Source: an uncultured Spirochaetota bacterium
GTDB taxonomy: Bacteria > Spirochaetota > Spirochaetia > SZUA-6 > Fen-1364
DNA length: 64,000 nt
NCBI GenBank assembly: GCA_963781885.1
Contig: CAWAHW010000001.1
Span: forward strand, 480,001 to 544,000
Reading direction: 5' to 3'
Below the pieces are notes generated by a model. The model was not told the origin of the DNA, searched no databases, and saw nothing but the letters and a program-made list of their open reading frames with translations. The position numbers and the translations under genes were made by a program. Below, one piece after another: positions 41,437 through 51,867 of the stretch (its first letter is position 1; each line of letters begins with the position of its first letter).

Positions 41437-41508
41437 GGGCGCGCCTCCTATGATTGTTCTGCCGGGAGAATACCATTGCCAGCAACGCGCTGTAAAGCGC
41501 GGCGCCTC

Positions 41509-44500
41509 CTAATGTGCCAGCCAGTCTGGAATGAGTACCCTGATCACGCGCAGCGCGAAGGAGTCGGCGACGATGGCGTAGTCGCCCTTCACCGCCACGC
41601 CCACGGCGTAAACGTCGTCGCAACTGGAGACGACCAGCGGCCGGGTGGGGACGGATGCATCGACGACCGTGAGCCCGCGGAAGCCTTCCGCCACGTAGAG
41701 GTACTTGTCTGAGGCGGAAATCGCCTCCGCATAGGCGGTGTCGTAGCGGCCCTTGAGCACCGGCGCGCCAGGGTCGGAGACGTCTATGACGCTCACGCCG
41801 CCGTTGCCCGCGGCGAAAAGCAGGTTGCCGGAGAGGGCAAGACTGCCGGCGTGCCCGCGGATTGCGGCGGGCTGCAGCACGGGCTTTGCGGGCGTGGAAA
41901 CGTCGATCACGCGCACGCCGCCCTCGCCGTCGGCGACATATGCCCAGGTGCCCTGCACAACGATGTCCTCCGCGTTGGTCGTGGGCACGGCGCCTATCTC
42001 CGTCGGGGTCGACGGCGTGCTCACGTCCAGCACGCGAACGCCCTGGTCTCCCGCGGCGACGTATGCGACCGTCCCGACGGGGAAGACGCGGTTGACGCTG
42101 CCGCCGGGTCGATACGAGCCGATGTCGACGGGCGGCCCCGGCTTTTTCGGGTCCCATGAGGGTGAGACGTCGACGATGCGGACGCCATTCGTGCCGTCGG
42201 CAACATAGGCGAGCTTGTCCGCCACGTTCACGGCCAGGGCGAACCGGGTGGAGAGGGCTCCCGTGGCGGATGCATCCGACAGGCGCGAGGGGTCGGCGAC
42301 GTTCAGCACGTGCAGCCCCAGCGAGTGCGACGCCACGTAGGCCCAGTTGCCCGCGACGGAGACCGCAAAGGCCTTGCCCCCCGTCTCCGCCGCGCCGACG
42401 CGGAAGGATTTGCCCTGGATCTGCACGCGCATCAGCTCGAGGCCCGACGTCTCCGCGACATAGGCCATGTTGTCTTCCACGCTCACGTCCGCCGCGCCGG
42501 GGAAGGCGTGCGACGTGAAAAGGGCGGGATGGGCCGGGTCGGAAAGATCGATCACCTTCATGCTCGAGGTGCCGTCCGTCACGTAGGCATAATCGTCGGC
42601 GAGCGCCACGGACGCGGCCACGCCGACGGCGAAAGTGGACAGAAGCTTCGGATTGCGCAGGTCCTTCACGTCCACGACGAGGAGCCCCGCGGCGCCGTCG
42701 GCCACGACCGCGAGGTTGCCCTGCGTCGCCACTTCCCGCGCATCCGTCGTGGCAAGCGATCCGATGACCGCGGGCGCGGCCGGCTTGGAAACGTCGAGCA
42801 CCTTCAGCCCGCCCGCGCCATCGGCGAGCAGCACCTTGCCGCCGCACAGGGCGACGTCCAGGGCGTTGGTGGTCTCCAGCGTGCCCAGGCGGTTCAGCGT
42901 ATGCGTGTCGGATATGTCGATCACCTTCACGCCCTTGTCGGCATCCGCCACGATGGCATCGTCGCCCGTGCAAACGACCGCGCGCGCGTCGCTCGTTTTC
43001 CGCGAGCCCAGGAGCACCGGCGTGCGGGGCGCGGAAACGTCCAGGACGCGCAGGCCCGATTCGCCGTCCGCGACGTATGCGTAGCCGGACCTCACGGCGA
43101 CGTCCCACGCGTTGTCCGTCTGCATGCTGCCGACGTCCACGGGGCCCGTGGGGTTGGACACGTCGATGATGCGGACACCGCGCGCTCCTGCCGAAAGGAA
43201 CGCGTAGCCGCCGCTCACCGTCACGCGCCGCGTGTCGGTCTCCGCCGCGGCCCCGACGTGCGCGAGCTTTTCGCTGGGAAAGGCGAGACTCCGCGCCGTT
43301 GCCGGGGCGCTCAAAGGCGCGAGGACCCCTCCGGAAGGGGAGATCTGGTAGGTATAGTCCTTTCCGAACTCGACGGCGGTGTCCGTGTAGCCCGCCACCT
43401 TGATTCCCGACGCGATTTTTGCAAAGGCCGTGGCGCTGGAAGAGGAACGCCAGACGTCGTAGGAATCCGCTCCGCCGATGCTGTCCCATGACAGCTTGAT
43501 CTGCATGTAGTCGCCCTTCACGACCGGGGCGAGCGTCTGGGGCGACAGCGGGATCGCGCGCACGAGCGTGGAGGCGCCGGTGGCGCCGTCGTCGAAGCGC
43601 ACCTGCATGCGGAGGGAATACAGGCTGCCATTGTCGAGGCCGGTGAGCACCACCGGCGAGCTTGCATTCGTGGTGGTCCGCCCCTTCTCGGGATCCTCCG
43701 CGCCGGCGGCCCAGGACAGGTCGTAGCCCGTGGCAAAGGCCGCGGGACTCCAGGAGACGGTGATCTTGCGGTCGGCCGGCGCCACCGTGAAACCCGGCAC
43801 GTCGCCGTCACCGGGAATCACGCGCAGGCTGAGCTCGCCGCGGTTGCCGTTCTTTGCGATCGCCGTGAGCGTGATGTCCTGGGGGCCCGAAAGGGTGGCC
43901 GTGGGGAGGGAGAATCGAAAGGCGCCGCCCGCGTCGATCTGCGCGGTTCCATGCGCCGGGGTGGAGGTGTGGGCAAAATCGACGGGCGAGACAAGCCAGT
44001 TCAGCGTGTCGATCCCCGCCATTCCCGCCTGGCCTTCATAGGGGTCGCTCACCTTGCCGGCCACCCGCAGCGTGCTGCCGAAAGCGCTGCCCTGCGTGGG
44101 GGCCGTGACGACCACGGCCGGCTTCAGCCGCCCGTCGTGGAGAAGGACGCTCGCCGTGCTGGAATGACCGCGCAGGTCCTCCGCCGTCACCCGCACGGTG
44201 ACGTCGCCGCTCAGCTGACTGGAGGGAAGCGCGACCTTGAACTTGCCCGTCGCGTCCGCGGTCAGACGCCCGCCTAGGGCGGGCTTTCCCAGCACGTCGT
44301 AAGAAAGGGAGCGCAGCGCCGCCGTTGTCGTGCCGTCTCCGACCCTGCCTTCGATGCTCGTGGCATCCTTGTAGTAGCCGCCATTGGCGGGGGAGCTGAG
44401 CGCGAGGGGAAGGCCCTTCAGGTCGTCCTGCAGCACGACCATCTTTTCCGCCGTGGCACCCGTTGCCGCGGTGGCAACCACGCTCAATGCCTGCGTGCCG

Positions 44501-45972
44501 CTCAGCCCGGCCATGCTCACGGTGAAGGAGAAGGCGCCGTCGCTTCCCAGATTGGGGGTGCCGGAAAGCTTTGTCCCCGCGACGGACCAGGAAATCTTGG
44601 AAACGGCATTCGTGCCCGTGTCCGTCGCGGAGTTCGTCGCCTTGCCGGAGACGGTGATCGATGCGCCGTACGTGGATCCATCAGCGGGCGACGTGAGGGT
44701 GAGGCCGGGCGGCTCCTGCTGAGACGCGGAGGCGGCCTGTTCCGGACCTCGCATCGCGAGTGCGTGGATGCTCGTGCGACCGTTGAGGTCCACCGCTTTC
44801 AGCTCCAGCACCTGGCCGCCGGAAAGACCCTGCGCGGAGAAGGAAAATCGAAAAGACCCGTCCTTCTGGAATGGCACGTCACCGGAAAGGCTCGGAGTGC
44901 CGATCAGCCGCCAGGACATCGATTTGACATCCGACGGAAGGCCCGATGGATCGGCGGGATCTCCCACGCGGCCGTTCACGCTCACCGTGTCGGCATAGGA
45001 GGCGGAATCTGTCGGCGAATCGATGCGGATGGCCGGCCCGGTGGCGCGGTCTGCAAAGGACACCGTCGTGGTGGTGGAACGGCCGTTCTTATCGACGGCG
45101 GCAATGTCGACGACAAGATCGCCCTTCTGCCCGACCGTGGAGAACGAAAACGAGAAAGAGCCGTCCCGTGCCAGCGGCAGGGCGGCGCCCAGGCTCGTGC
45201 CCTCCAGCGCCCATGAGACCGATGCCACCTCGGCGAGCGGCTCGGCGACATTCTCGGGTCCCTTTACCAGACCCGCGATCCTCACCGTGGCGCCGTACGT
45301 TTCCTGCCCCTGCGGGGAGCTGATGGCGACGCCGGGTCCCTTGCCGTCATCGGCAAGGGAGACGGTCGCTTCAGCCGTCGTCTCGTCCTTGAAGGAGGCC
45401 TGCACCACGAGCTTCTGCGCGGACCGCAGCCCCACGGTGGAAACGGAGGCATGAAAGGAACCGTCGGCAGACACCGGGAGGCTTCCCGATCGGTCCGTCC
45501 CGGTGATGCTCCACGACGCGGAACGCACCGCGGAAAGCGAGCCGGATGCCTGCGGGGCCACGATCCTTCCGGCCAGGGTCACCGAGGAATGATAGACCTC
45601 ACCATCCGCCGGCGAGTCGATGCGCAGGGAATACCCCTCCGATGCGGCGGCCGCAGGATTCTGCGCGCTTGCTGCGGGAGGTGTTGCAGGCGCCGCCGGG
45701 GCCGCGGCGGCCTGGGTCGGCACTGCTGGGCCGGGGGTGGCAGCCGGGGTCGACGCTGGCGCGGCCGCGGCCGGTGTGCGCTGCGGGGTGACGGCCTGCG
45801 TCTGTGCGGGCGCAGAGGGAGTTGCCGGTGAAGTGGTTGCCGGTGTCGGAGTCTCCTGCTGCTGCACGACGGCAGGCGCGCCCGCATGGCGCGGCACCAA
45901 TACGACGACAAGAATGGCGCCTGCCACCACGAGCGCCGCCGCGCCGAGAAGCGCGTAGCTGCGGGGCCTCAT
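41509..45972 (-). CDS. Large surface protein: signal anchor, Pro/Ala linker, ~6 Ig-like domains, 2 FN3 domains, LVIVD beta-propeller repeats
   Basis: Repeated I-x-SP-x-G...DGSFSFS; ITVSW...LTGLDNGSLY; many YAYVADG..GLRVLDVS.P repeats. Confidence 0.9.
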   Translation of the reverse strand: MRPRSYALLGAAALVVAGAILVVVLVPRHAGAPAVVQQQETPTPATTSPATPSAPAQTQAVTPQRTPAAAAPASTPAATPGPAVPTQAAAAPAAPATPPAASAQNPAAAASEGYSLRIDSPADGEVYHSSVTLAGRIVAPQASGSLSAVRSASWSITGTDRSGSLPVSADGSFHASVSTVGLRSAQKLVVQASFKDETTAEATVSLADDGKGPGVAISSPQGQETYGATVRIAGLVKGPENVAEPLAEVASVSWALEGTSLGAALPLARDGSFSFSFSTVGQKGDLVVDIAAVDKNGRSTTTTVSFADRATGPAIRIDSPTDSASYADTVSVNGRVGDPADPSGLPSDVKSMSWRLIGTPSLSGDVPFQKDGSFRFSFSAQGLSGGQVLELKAVDLNGRTSIHALAMRGPEQAASASQQEPPGLTLTSPADGSTYGASITVSGKATNSATDTGTNAVSKISWSVAGTKLSGTPNLGSDGAFSFTVSMAGLSGTQALSVVATAATGATAEKMVVLQDDLKGLPLALSSPANGGYYKDATSIEGRVGDGTTTAALRSLSYDVLGKPALGGRLTADATGKFKVALPSSQLSGDVTVRVTAEDLRGHSSTASVLLHDGRLKPAVVVTAPTQGSAFGSTLRVAGKVSDPYEGQAGMAGIDTLNWLVSPVDFAHTSTPAHGTAQIDAGGAFRFSLPTATLSGPQDITLTAIAKNGNRGELSLRVIPGDGDVPGFTVAPADRKITVSWSPAAFATGYDLSWAAGAEDPEKGRTTTNASSPVVLTGLDNGSLYSLRMQVRFDDGATGASTLVRAIPLSPQTLAPVVKGDYMQIKLSWDSIGGADSYDVWRSSSSATAFAKIASGIKVAGYTDTAVEFGKDYTYQISPSGGVLAPLSAPATARSLAFPSEKLAHVGAAAETDTRRVTVSGGYAFLSAGARGVRIIDVSNPTGPVDVGSMQTDNAWDVAVRSGYAYVADGESGLRVLDVSAPRTPVLLGSRKTSDARAVVCTGDDAIVADADKGVKVIDISDTHTLNRLGTLETTNALDVALCGGKVLLADGAGGLKVLDVSKPAAPAVIGSLATTDAREVATQGNLAVVADGAAGLLVVDVKDLRNPKLLSTFAVGVAASVALADDYAYVTDGTSSMKVIDLSDPAHPALFTSHAFPGAADVSVEDNMAYVAETSGLELMRVQIQGKSFRVGAAETGGKAFAVSVAGNWAYVASHSLGLHVLNVADPSRLSDASATGALSTRFALAVNVADKLAYVADGTNGVRIVDVSPSWDPKKPGPPVDIGSYRPGGSVNRVFPVGTVAYVAAGDQGVRVLDVSTPSTPTEIGAVPTTNAEDIVVQGTWAYVADGEGGVRVIDVSTPAKPVLQPAAIRGHAGSLALSGNLLFAAGNGGVSVIDVSDPGAPVLKGRYDTAYAEAISASDKYLYVAEGFRGLTVVDASVPTRPLVVSSCDDVYAVGVAVKGDYAIVADSFALRVIRVLIPDWLAH

Positions 45973-45977
45973 GGGCC

Positions 45978-48182
45978 CTATTCCTCCCCTTCGGCGAACA
46001 GGGCCTGCGGCCCGGTTGCCTCCGACGCGCGCGAACCGCTGTTGCCGGTCGTGGGACCCGTCTTCAGGTACCCGTAGGTGCTCACGAGGCTGGGGTCCGC
46101 CGCGGAGGCCTTGTCATAGTACACGCTGGCCTGGTCGTAGTTCTCAAGCTCGTAGTACGAGCGCGAGATGCTCAGGAGCACGCGGCCGTACAGCGGCGAG
46201 GCCTGGTTGCCGTCCGCCTCCATGGATCCTTCGGCCTGGTGGAAGACCTTCAAGGCGTTCTGGTAATCCTGCTGGAGGAAGTAGACGTTGCCGAGGTTGA
46301 TCTCTGCACTAAGGTAGTTCCTGTCCAACGCGAGTGCCGTGTTCAGCGCTTTCAGCGCCTGGTCCCAGCGCCCGAACTGGGCGGCGATGATGCCCACCCG
46401 GTTGTAGTCCGCCTTGGAGTTGCTCGTGGTCGCCACCGTCGTGTAGCTGTCGATGACGGTATCGATGATCTTGTCCGCCGTGTCGCGGAAGTTGTCGGCG
46501 ATCTTGCGCGTGTCGCCATACTGGAGGCCCAGGTCCTCTTCCTTCAGGCCGACGGGGCTGAAGATGTTCTGGACCGCGGAGGTGAAATAGATCTGCCTGT
46601 TCTTCGTGTCATTGTCCAGTGCCGACCACTCCTCCACGCCCTTGCGCCAGGCGGAGAGGAAGTCGGAGGTTCCTACCATGGTCATTTCCACGGGAATCCA
46701 GAGCTCTCCGTTCACGTCGAATGTCATGCTCTTGTCGGGATGCAGCTCGCGGAAATTGGCCGTCGCGATCTTCGTCCCGAACACGGGGTAGATGTGGCCG
46801 GGCACGGTGATGAAGCCGGTCGGGATGCCGACGGATTCCATGATCGCGTCGAAGAGGGCGGTGAGGTCGCTGCAGTCACCCGCCTTCCTTTGCAGTGTCT
46901 CGCGGGGAAGGTGCACGTGGTCCACGACGAGGGGGTTGGCCTGCGCGGCGGCGAAGGAAGAGGTGAGGGCGAGCTGATAGATGACCCCCAGCTCCTTCAG
47001 CGCGTAGTACACCGCCATTGCGGTCTGCACGGGCGAGCTGTAGCCGGGCACCAGGCGGTCCTTCACCGCCTGGCGGATGAAGGTGGCATAGTTGCGCAAA
47101 GCGGTGTCCGCCTTCGTGATGAAGGCCCCCTCCTTGCGGTTGTCGTCCCAGCTGATGGAGGTGCGGTCATAGAGAACATAGGAGACGGACATCGATTGGT
47201 TGGCCGGCCTGTTGTGAGAGACGTACGCCACCTGGATCTCGCCGTTCAGAGGCGTGTCGCCGTTCGTGTTGAACACCTCGCCGTTGAACGAGGCCATGAC
47301 AGGAACGTCAACGCTCTTGCCGGCATCCAGGGTGGGAATGCTTATGAGCTTGGTTGGGGCGTCCATATAGCCGGTCTGGTTGAAGGAGACCTGCACGTCG
47401 GTGATGGGGAATTTCTCCACGTTGGTGATCGTCACCTTGCTGAAGGCATTTTTGGCGTAATAGCTCTGCATTGCCGCGTACAGGGGCGGGAACGACACGT
47501 CCCCGAACTTGATGCTCCGTATAGAGGCCTTGGGAGCGTCCGGATCATCCCCGAACCTGTAGGCGCCGCCAACCTCAACGCCGAATGTGAAACCATTGAA
47601 GTCCGTGAGCGACTGCAGCCCGTAGCGATAGGTCAGAGAGGGCACCAGGTCGATGCTGAAGCTGTACGAGGCATCGAGCGTGATGTGTCCGGCAAGTGAT
47701 GCCAGCAGGTTGTCCGTGCGGACCGACTGGGGCTGACCGGTGCTCAGCACGTCGAGATTAGGGAATATCATCATCTCGTATCCCAGCCCGAGGTCTGCAC
47801 CCAGCTCGAAGTTCTTGCTGATCCTGCCCACCCACCCGAGCCCCCCGAGGGCGAAGATTTGCGTGTTGCTGAAATCCGCGGTCTGGTTGCCCGTGGTCGT
47901 TCCGGAGCTCGTCTCGGGCGTGAAGAAGTTCACTCCCAACTTTCCGAAGGGCTGCAGGGTCGGCAACCCGGGGATGGGGACGCGCACGGTTGCATAGAAG
48001 CCATTATAGGTTGTGGCTTTCTCCTGGGTCCCGCCGTAAGGCGTGATGCTTTCAAACGCGGCCCCGAAGGACCAGGGGTATGCGTAGTAGGAGTTCAGAT
48101 CGATGCTTTGCGCGTGCGCGAGGGTTGCCCCAAAGAGGAGAACGACGGCGAAAACGTGCCGCGGCCTTCCCAGCAATCTCAT
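45978..48182 (-). CDS. Secreted protein: N-terminal beta-barrel-like, transglutaminase-like and TPR domains
   Basis: Signal peptide; GDCSDLTAL...PGHIY...WIPVEMT; C-terminal TPRs (INLGNVYF). Confidence 0.85.
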   Translation of the reverse strand: MRLLGRPRHVFAVVLLFGATLAHAQSIDLNSYYAYPWSFGAAFESITPYGGTQEKATTYNGFYATVRVPIPGLPTLQPFGKLGVNFFTPETSSGTTTGNQTADFSNTQIFALGGLGWVGRISKNFELGADLGLGYEMMIFPNLDVLSTGQPQSVRTDNLLASLAGHITLDASYSFSIDLVPSLTYRYGLQSLTDFNGFTFGVEVGGAYRFGDDPDAPKASIRSIKFGDVSFPPLYAAMQSYYAKNAFSKVTITNVEKFPITDVQVSFNQTGYMDAPTKLISIPTLDAGKSVDVPVMASFNGEVFNTNGDTPLNGEIQVAYVSHNRPANQSMSVSYVLYDRTSISWDDNRKEGAFITKADTALRNYATFIRQAVKDRLVPGYSSPVQTAMAVYYALKELGVIYQLALTSSFAAAQANPLVVDHVHLPRETLQRKAGDCSDLTALFDAIMESVGIPTGFITVPGHIYPVFGTKIATANFRELHPDKSMTFDVNGELWIPVEMTMVGTSDFLSAWRKGVEEWSALDNDTKNRQIYFTSAVQNIFSPVGLKEEDLGLQYGDTRKIADNFRDTADKIIDTVIDSYTTVATTSNSKADYNRVGIIAAQFGRWDQALKALNTALALDRNYLSAEINLGNVYFLQQDYQNALKVFHQAEGSMEADGNQASPLYGRVLLSISRSYYELENYDQASVYYDKASAADPSLVSTYGYLKTGPTTGNSGSRASEATGPQALFAEGEE

Positions 48183-48252
48183 AATATTGACCCCTCTGCT
48201 GACCTTCTTGATGGAACGGCAACGACCCGTTCAATACAAAAATACTACCATT

Positions 48253-48983
48253 TCAGGGCAAGTGTTCCAATGGTGCGCGCGCTTTTCCCGCAAAGGCCGC
48301 TGCATACTCCTGGAGCAGTCGGGCCACAGGCCCGCCGTCATTCCGCTCCCGGTAACCGTCGTCGTCGGGGTAGAACCCGCCCTTGTCGTCGATGCCCGTC
48401 AGGATCCAGAACATCGCGCCCGCGCCGCCCGCCTCCATGACCGTCCTGTTCCACAGATCGTAGGCTGCCAGACGATCCACCCCTCCCGCGGCGCGGACCC
48501 CGTATTCCTCCAGCACTGGAACGACTTCGGCGGCATCAACCAAGCAACGAGGATGACGTGCAGCCCTTTCGCGGCGGCGCGCGCCACGGCGTGATCCAGC
48601 CTCTCGAAGCCGTCCCATTTCGCGCTCCTGCCCGGCGGCGGTCCGTAGACCCCCGGCGCCGATTGCATGAAGACGTCGTGCTCGCGGTTCTGCGGGCCGT
48701 CCCCATTGAAGAAGGCCCAGAGCCGCAGGACCCGGAGGCCCATCGCCGCCGCCGTGTCGATCACGTCGTCCACCATCGCGTCCGACTGGTAGAGAAGGTA
48801 GTAGTTGTTGGTCCCTTCGAACCGGAGCTCCGTGCCGTCCAGGAGGAACCGCCCGGCTTCTGCCCGGATGAAGCCGGGGGCAGCGACGGCAGGGACGGCG
48901 CATGCAAGCGCCGCGCAGGCAGCCAGGGCGATGGGCCAGGGCAAGCTGCGGGGAAAATGACCCGGGGCGCCCCGCCCCTTCAC
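48253..48983 (-). pseudogene. GH5 beta-mannanase with large internal deletion
   Basis: N-terminus (FEGTNNYY, LRLWAF, LDHAVARA) joined out of frame near 48530 to C-terminus (PVLEEYG, GAMFW, YPDDDG); NEP region absent. Confidence 0.8.
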
Positions 48984-48993
48984 TCCCCGGCGG

Positions 48994-50064
48994 TTAGACG
49001 CGCCAGGCAATGCCCAGTCCGAGGTACTGGAAATCGCCGATGGGGGATTCCGTGTACCAGGGGAAGGCGCCGGGGAATATGAGATCGAAACCGATGCTCC
49101 CCTTCAGTGCGATGGACGGGGAGATGTTCCAGATGAGGGCGGGCGCGATGCGGAGCCGGAGGATGGGCGCGCTCCACGTGGAGCTGCCCTGCGGCAGCAC
49201 CACGTTCTGGTTCAAGTCATGGACATCCCCCTGGTCCGCGGTGAGATAGATCCATCCGGCGGAAAGAGTGACGGCGTATTCCGCGGAGATGACACCCAGC
49301 GTCCGGTAGACGATCCCGACACCCGGGAAGAGGAAGATGCCGGTGGCCATGTACCGGTCATGCTGCCCGAAGTCATAGGCGTTGCTGTCGTTGAAATAGA
49401 AGGATGCCAGAGCCCCGAGGTTGCGGCTGAAGAACCAGTCGGCCTCCAGGATGAGGGGAAAGATGCTGAGCGCATAAGAGGCGTTGCCGGAAAGATCGAC
49501 CCCCGTGCTGTCCAGCATGCGCAGGAGGCCACTTCCCAGGAGGGAGAACGACCACCGGGTGTCCAGCGTGTCCAGGTAGTCGGACTCCTTTGCCGCAACG
49601 ATCAGCTCCTGTTCCTTCGTGACCTTGAGGATGTCCACCTGCGGCGGCACGGGTCCCAGCCGGGGAGCGAATCGCTGCGCCGCCGTGCTCAGGAACCGGG
49701 CAAAGGCGGGCTTGTCGACCGCGGCGGAGGCAAAGACGGCGCTTTCCTGGTCGCTGCTGCCGTCCGTGTCGCGCAGCCCGATGGTGACGGACAGATGTCC
49801 CTGGCCGTCATCCACGGACTGGACGCTCACGACGGTGCGCGCCCTGTCGGCGGAATCCACGCGCGTGTAGGGCTGCATCGATGAGAGCGCGGTGGCGAGC
49901 ATCTCCGGCGCGCCTTCCACCAGCGCACGCGCGTCGCCGGTCAGGGCCCCTCCCGTCGGGATGGCGAAGAACACGGAGCGCAGCACGGGCGCTGCCGCGG
50001 TTTGCGCGCCGACCGCCGCCGCGGCTGCCGCCATGAGCAGGAGACAAAGAGCCGCACGCTTCAC
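48994..50064 (-). CDS. Secreted protein with C-terminal beta-barrel
   Basis: GTG start overlapping the upstream TGA; signal peptide; amphipathic strands ending LGIAWRV. Confidence 0.7.
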   Translation of the reverse strand: MKRAALCLLLMAAAAAAVGAQTAAAPVLRSVFFAIPTGGALTGDARALVEGAPEMLATALSSMQPYTRVDSADRARTVVSVQSVDDGQGHLSVTIGLRDTDGSSDQESAVFASAAVDKPAFARFLSTAAQRFAPRLGPVPPQVDILKVTKEQELIVAAKESDYLDTLDTRWSFSLLGSGLLRMLDSTGVDLSGNASYALSIFPLILEADWFFSRNLGALASFYFNDSNAYDFGQHDRYMATGIFLFPGVGIVYRTLGVISAEYAVTLSAGWIYLTADQGDVHDLNQNVVLPQGSSTWSAPILRLRIAPALIWNISPSIALKGSIGFDLIFPGAFPWYTESPIGDFQYLGLGIAWRV

Positions 50065-51867
50065 AGCCGTACTCCGTAGCCGAGGGTCAGGGAGAGCTCC
50101 AGCGGCGTGAGGTGCGCGTTGGACAAGCTCGCGTCTGTCTCCACGCCAGCGATATACCAGTTGAATCCGAAGAGGAAGAAGGACGGGGTTCTGGCTCAGG
50201 CGCGTGTTGAGATAGGTGCGGGCCGTCGTGGAAAGAGATGCGCCGAATATCCAATGGCTTCCATAAAGGTAATTCCCCTGCGCGTCCTGGGAATAGAACT
50301 GACCGTAGCGAGCCTCGCCGAGCAGGCTGAAGGAAAGGTCGACGTTGTACCCCTCCAGCGTGAACGACGGGCCAAAGCGCAGGGGCAGGTCCAGATAGGG
50401 CACGGAGACGTAGGAAGTCGGCGGCACGGCGCTTGTCGCTGAATCGAATGCGACGGCCGGCTGGAACGTGAGACCCAGGGAAAAGGGGCCGCCGAAGGAG
50501 TAGTCGAATGCCACCCCGAGGGGAAAGAAAGCAAGCAGGGAACCGGGCGCGCCCGGGAGGTACTGGTTGCCCCACGACGCGACGGAGGGACCCTCGATGA
50601 CGGCCAGAGAGACCCTCCGCTTCGCGCGCTGCGCGATCAGGTCGCTCTCCGACCTTTTCTTCTCATAGGTGACGATCCTGCTCTGCGCGCCGGCGTTCTC
50701 ATCGACCTGCTTCTTTCCGACTTCCGGCAGCACCTTGCCGATGCCGGCGATGAAGTCGGCGGCCATTGCATCGATGGAGTCGAACATCGAAAGGCCTGCT
50801 TGCCCGGTGTAGGTGATGGAGGAGCGCGCCATCTCGGTGCGCACGTCGTAGAGCGCCGCGTAGACAAGGAGCCCATCCGGGCCCGCCAGGTAGTACCCCG
50901 ACACGATCAGGTCGATGCCCAGCTTGTCTGCCTCCGCGAAGTCGGGCGCGCCGGGTATCCCTCCACGCTGCGCGACCAGCGTGGCGGCGTCCACCAGAAC
51001 GAGTCGCGTGTCGTCGCGCAGGTCGCCGCGTATCACCTGGGGGAACGTGGCGGAGAGATTGTCCGTCTCCGGGCCGCCCATGTTCTGGAACGCGGAGAGC
51101 AGGAGCGTGCGCTTCTGCGACCTTTCCCGTGCCGCGGCCACTTCCTGTCTTGCCTGCAACGGCAGCGTGATGTCGATGGAACCCGCCGACTCCACGGTGA
51201 CGAACGTGCGCGTGAGCGCCACGTCCGGTATCTCCAGCTGCAGAAGATGCTTGCCCGTGCGCAACGTCGCGGTGAGCGGGGTGGTGCCAAAGGGCTGGTC
51301 GTCGATGGAGACGGTTGCCCCGGACGGCGTGGAGGTGATGGTGTAGGCGACGTTGCCCTGCTCGGGCACGAGCCGCGGAATGGAGGCGCCGAAGCCGATG
51401 GCGGTCCTGCCGAACCACCGGCCGAAATCGATGTAATCCGTGAGCTCCGCGGACGCCTTCTCCTGGTCCGCTGCATCCACGGGAGCGAGGCGCCGAACAC
51501 GCGCCCCGGCATCCGCCACGCGCGTGAGCTTGAACGGGGCAAGCACCACCGCGCCGGCCGGCACCTGGATGACGGCAGGAGCGGCATCGGCCGGTGCAAG
51601 ACCGGGTGTGCGCAGCGTGTAGGTGCCGGGCCTTACGCGCAGGAAGAAAAGCTTTCGCGCATCGTTGGGCACGCCCAACCTGAACGCCAACGGCCCATCG
51701 AACTGCAGCGAGGTGGGTCCCCGATCCGGGCCCGTGCGCGGAGACGGGTTTTCCGCGATGAAAAGAACAAGCGAGTCATCCTCCGCGCGCGGCGTGGGCA
51801 TCGTGGCGCAACCGGCAAGAATCGCAAGGCCCGCCGCCGCAACAATCGCGGCACGCGCGCGGCTCAC
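50061..51867 (-). CDS. PEGA-domain lipoprotein with TolB-N/CsgG-like domain and C-terminal beta-strands; frameshift near 50180
   Basis: Lipobox ILAGC; ITSTPSGATVSIDDQPFGTTPL; FQNMG...LIVSGYY; corrected end LTLGYGVRL*. Confidence 0.75.
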
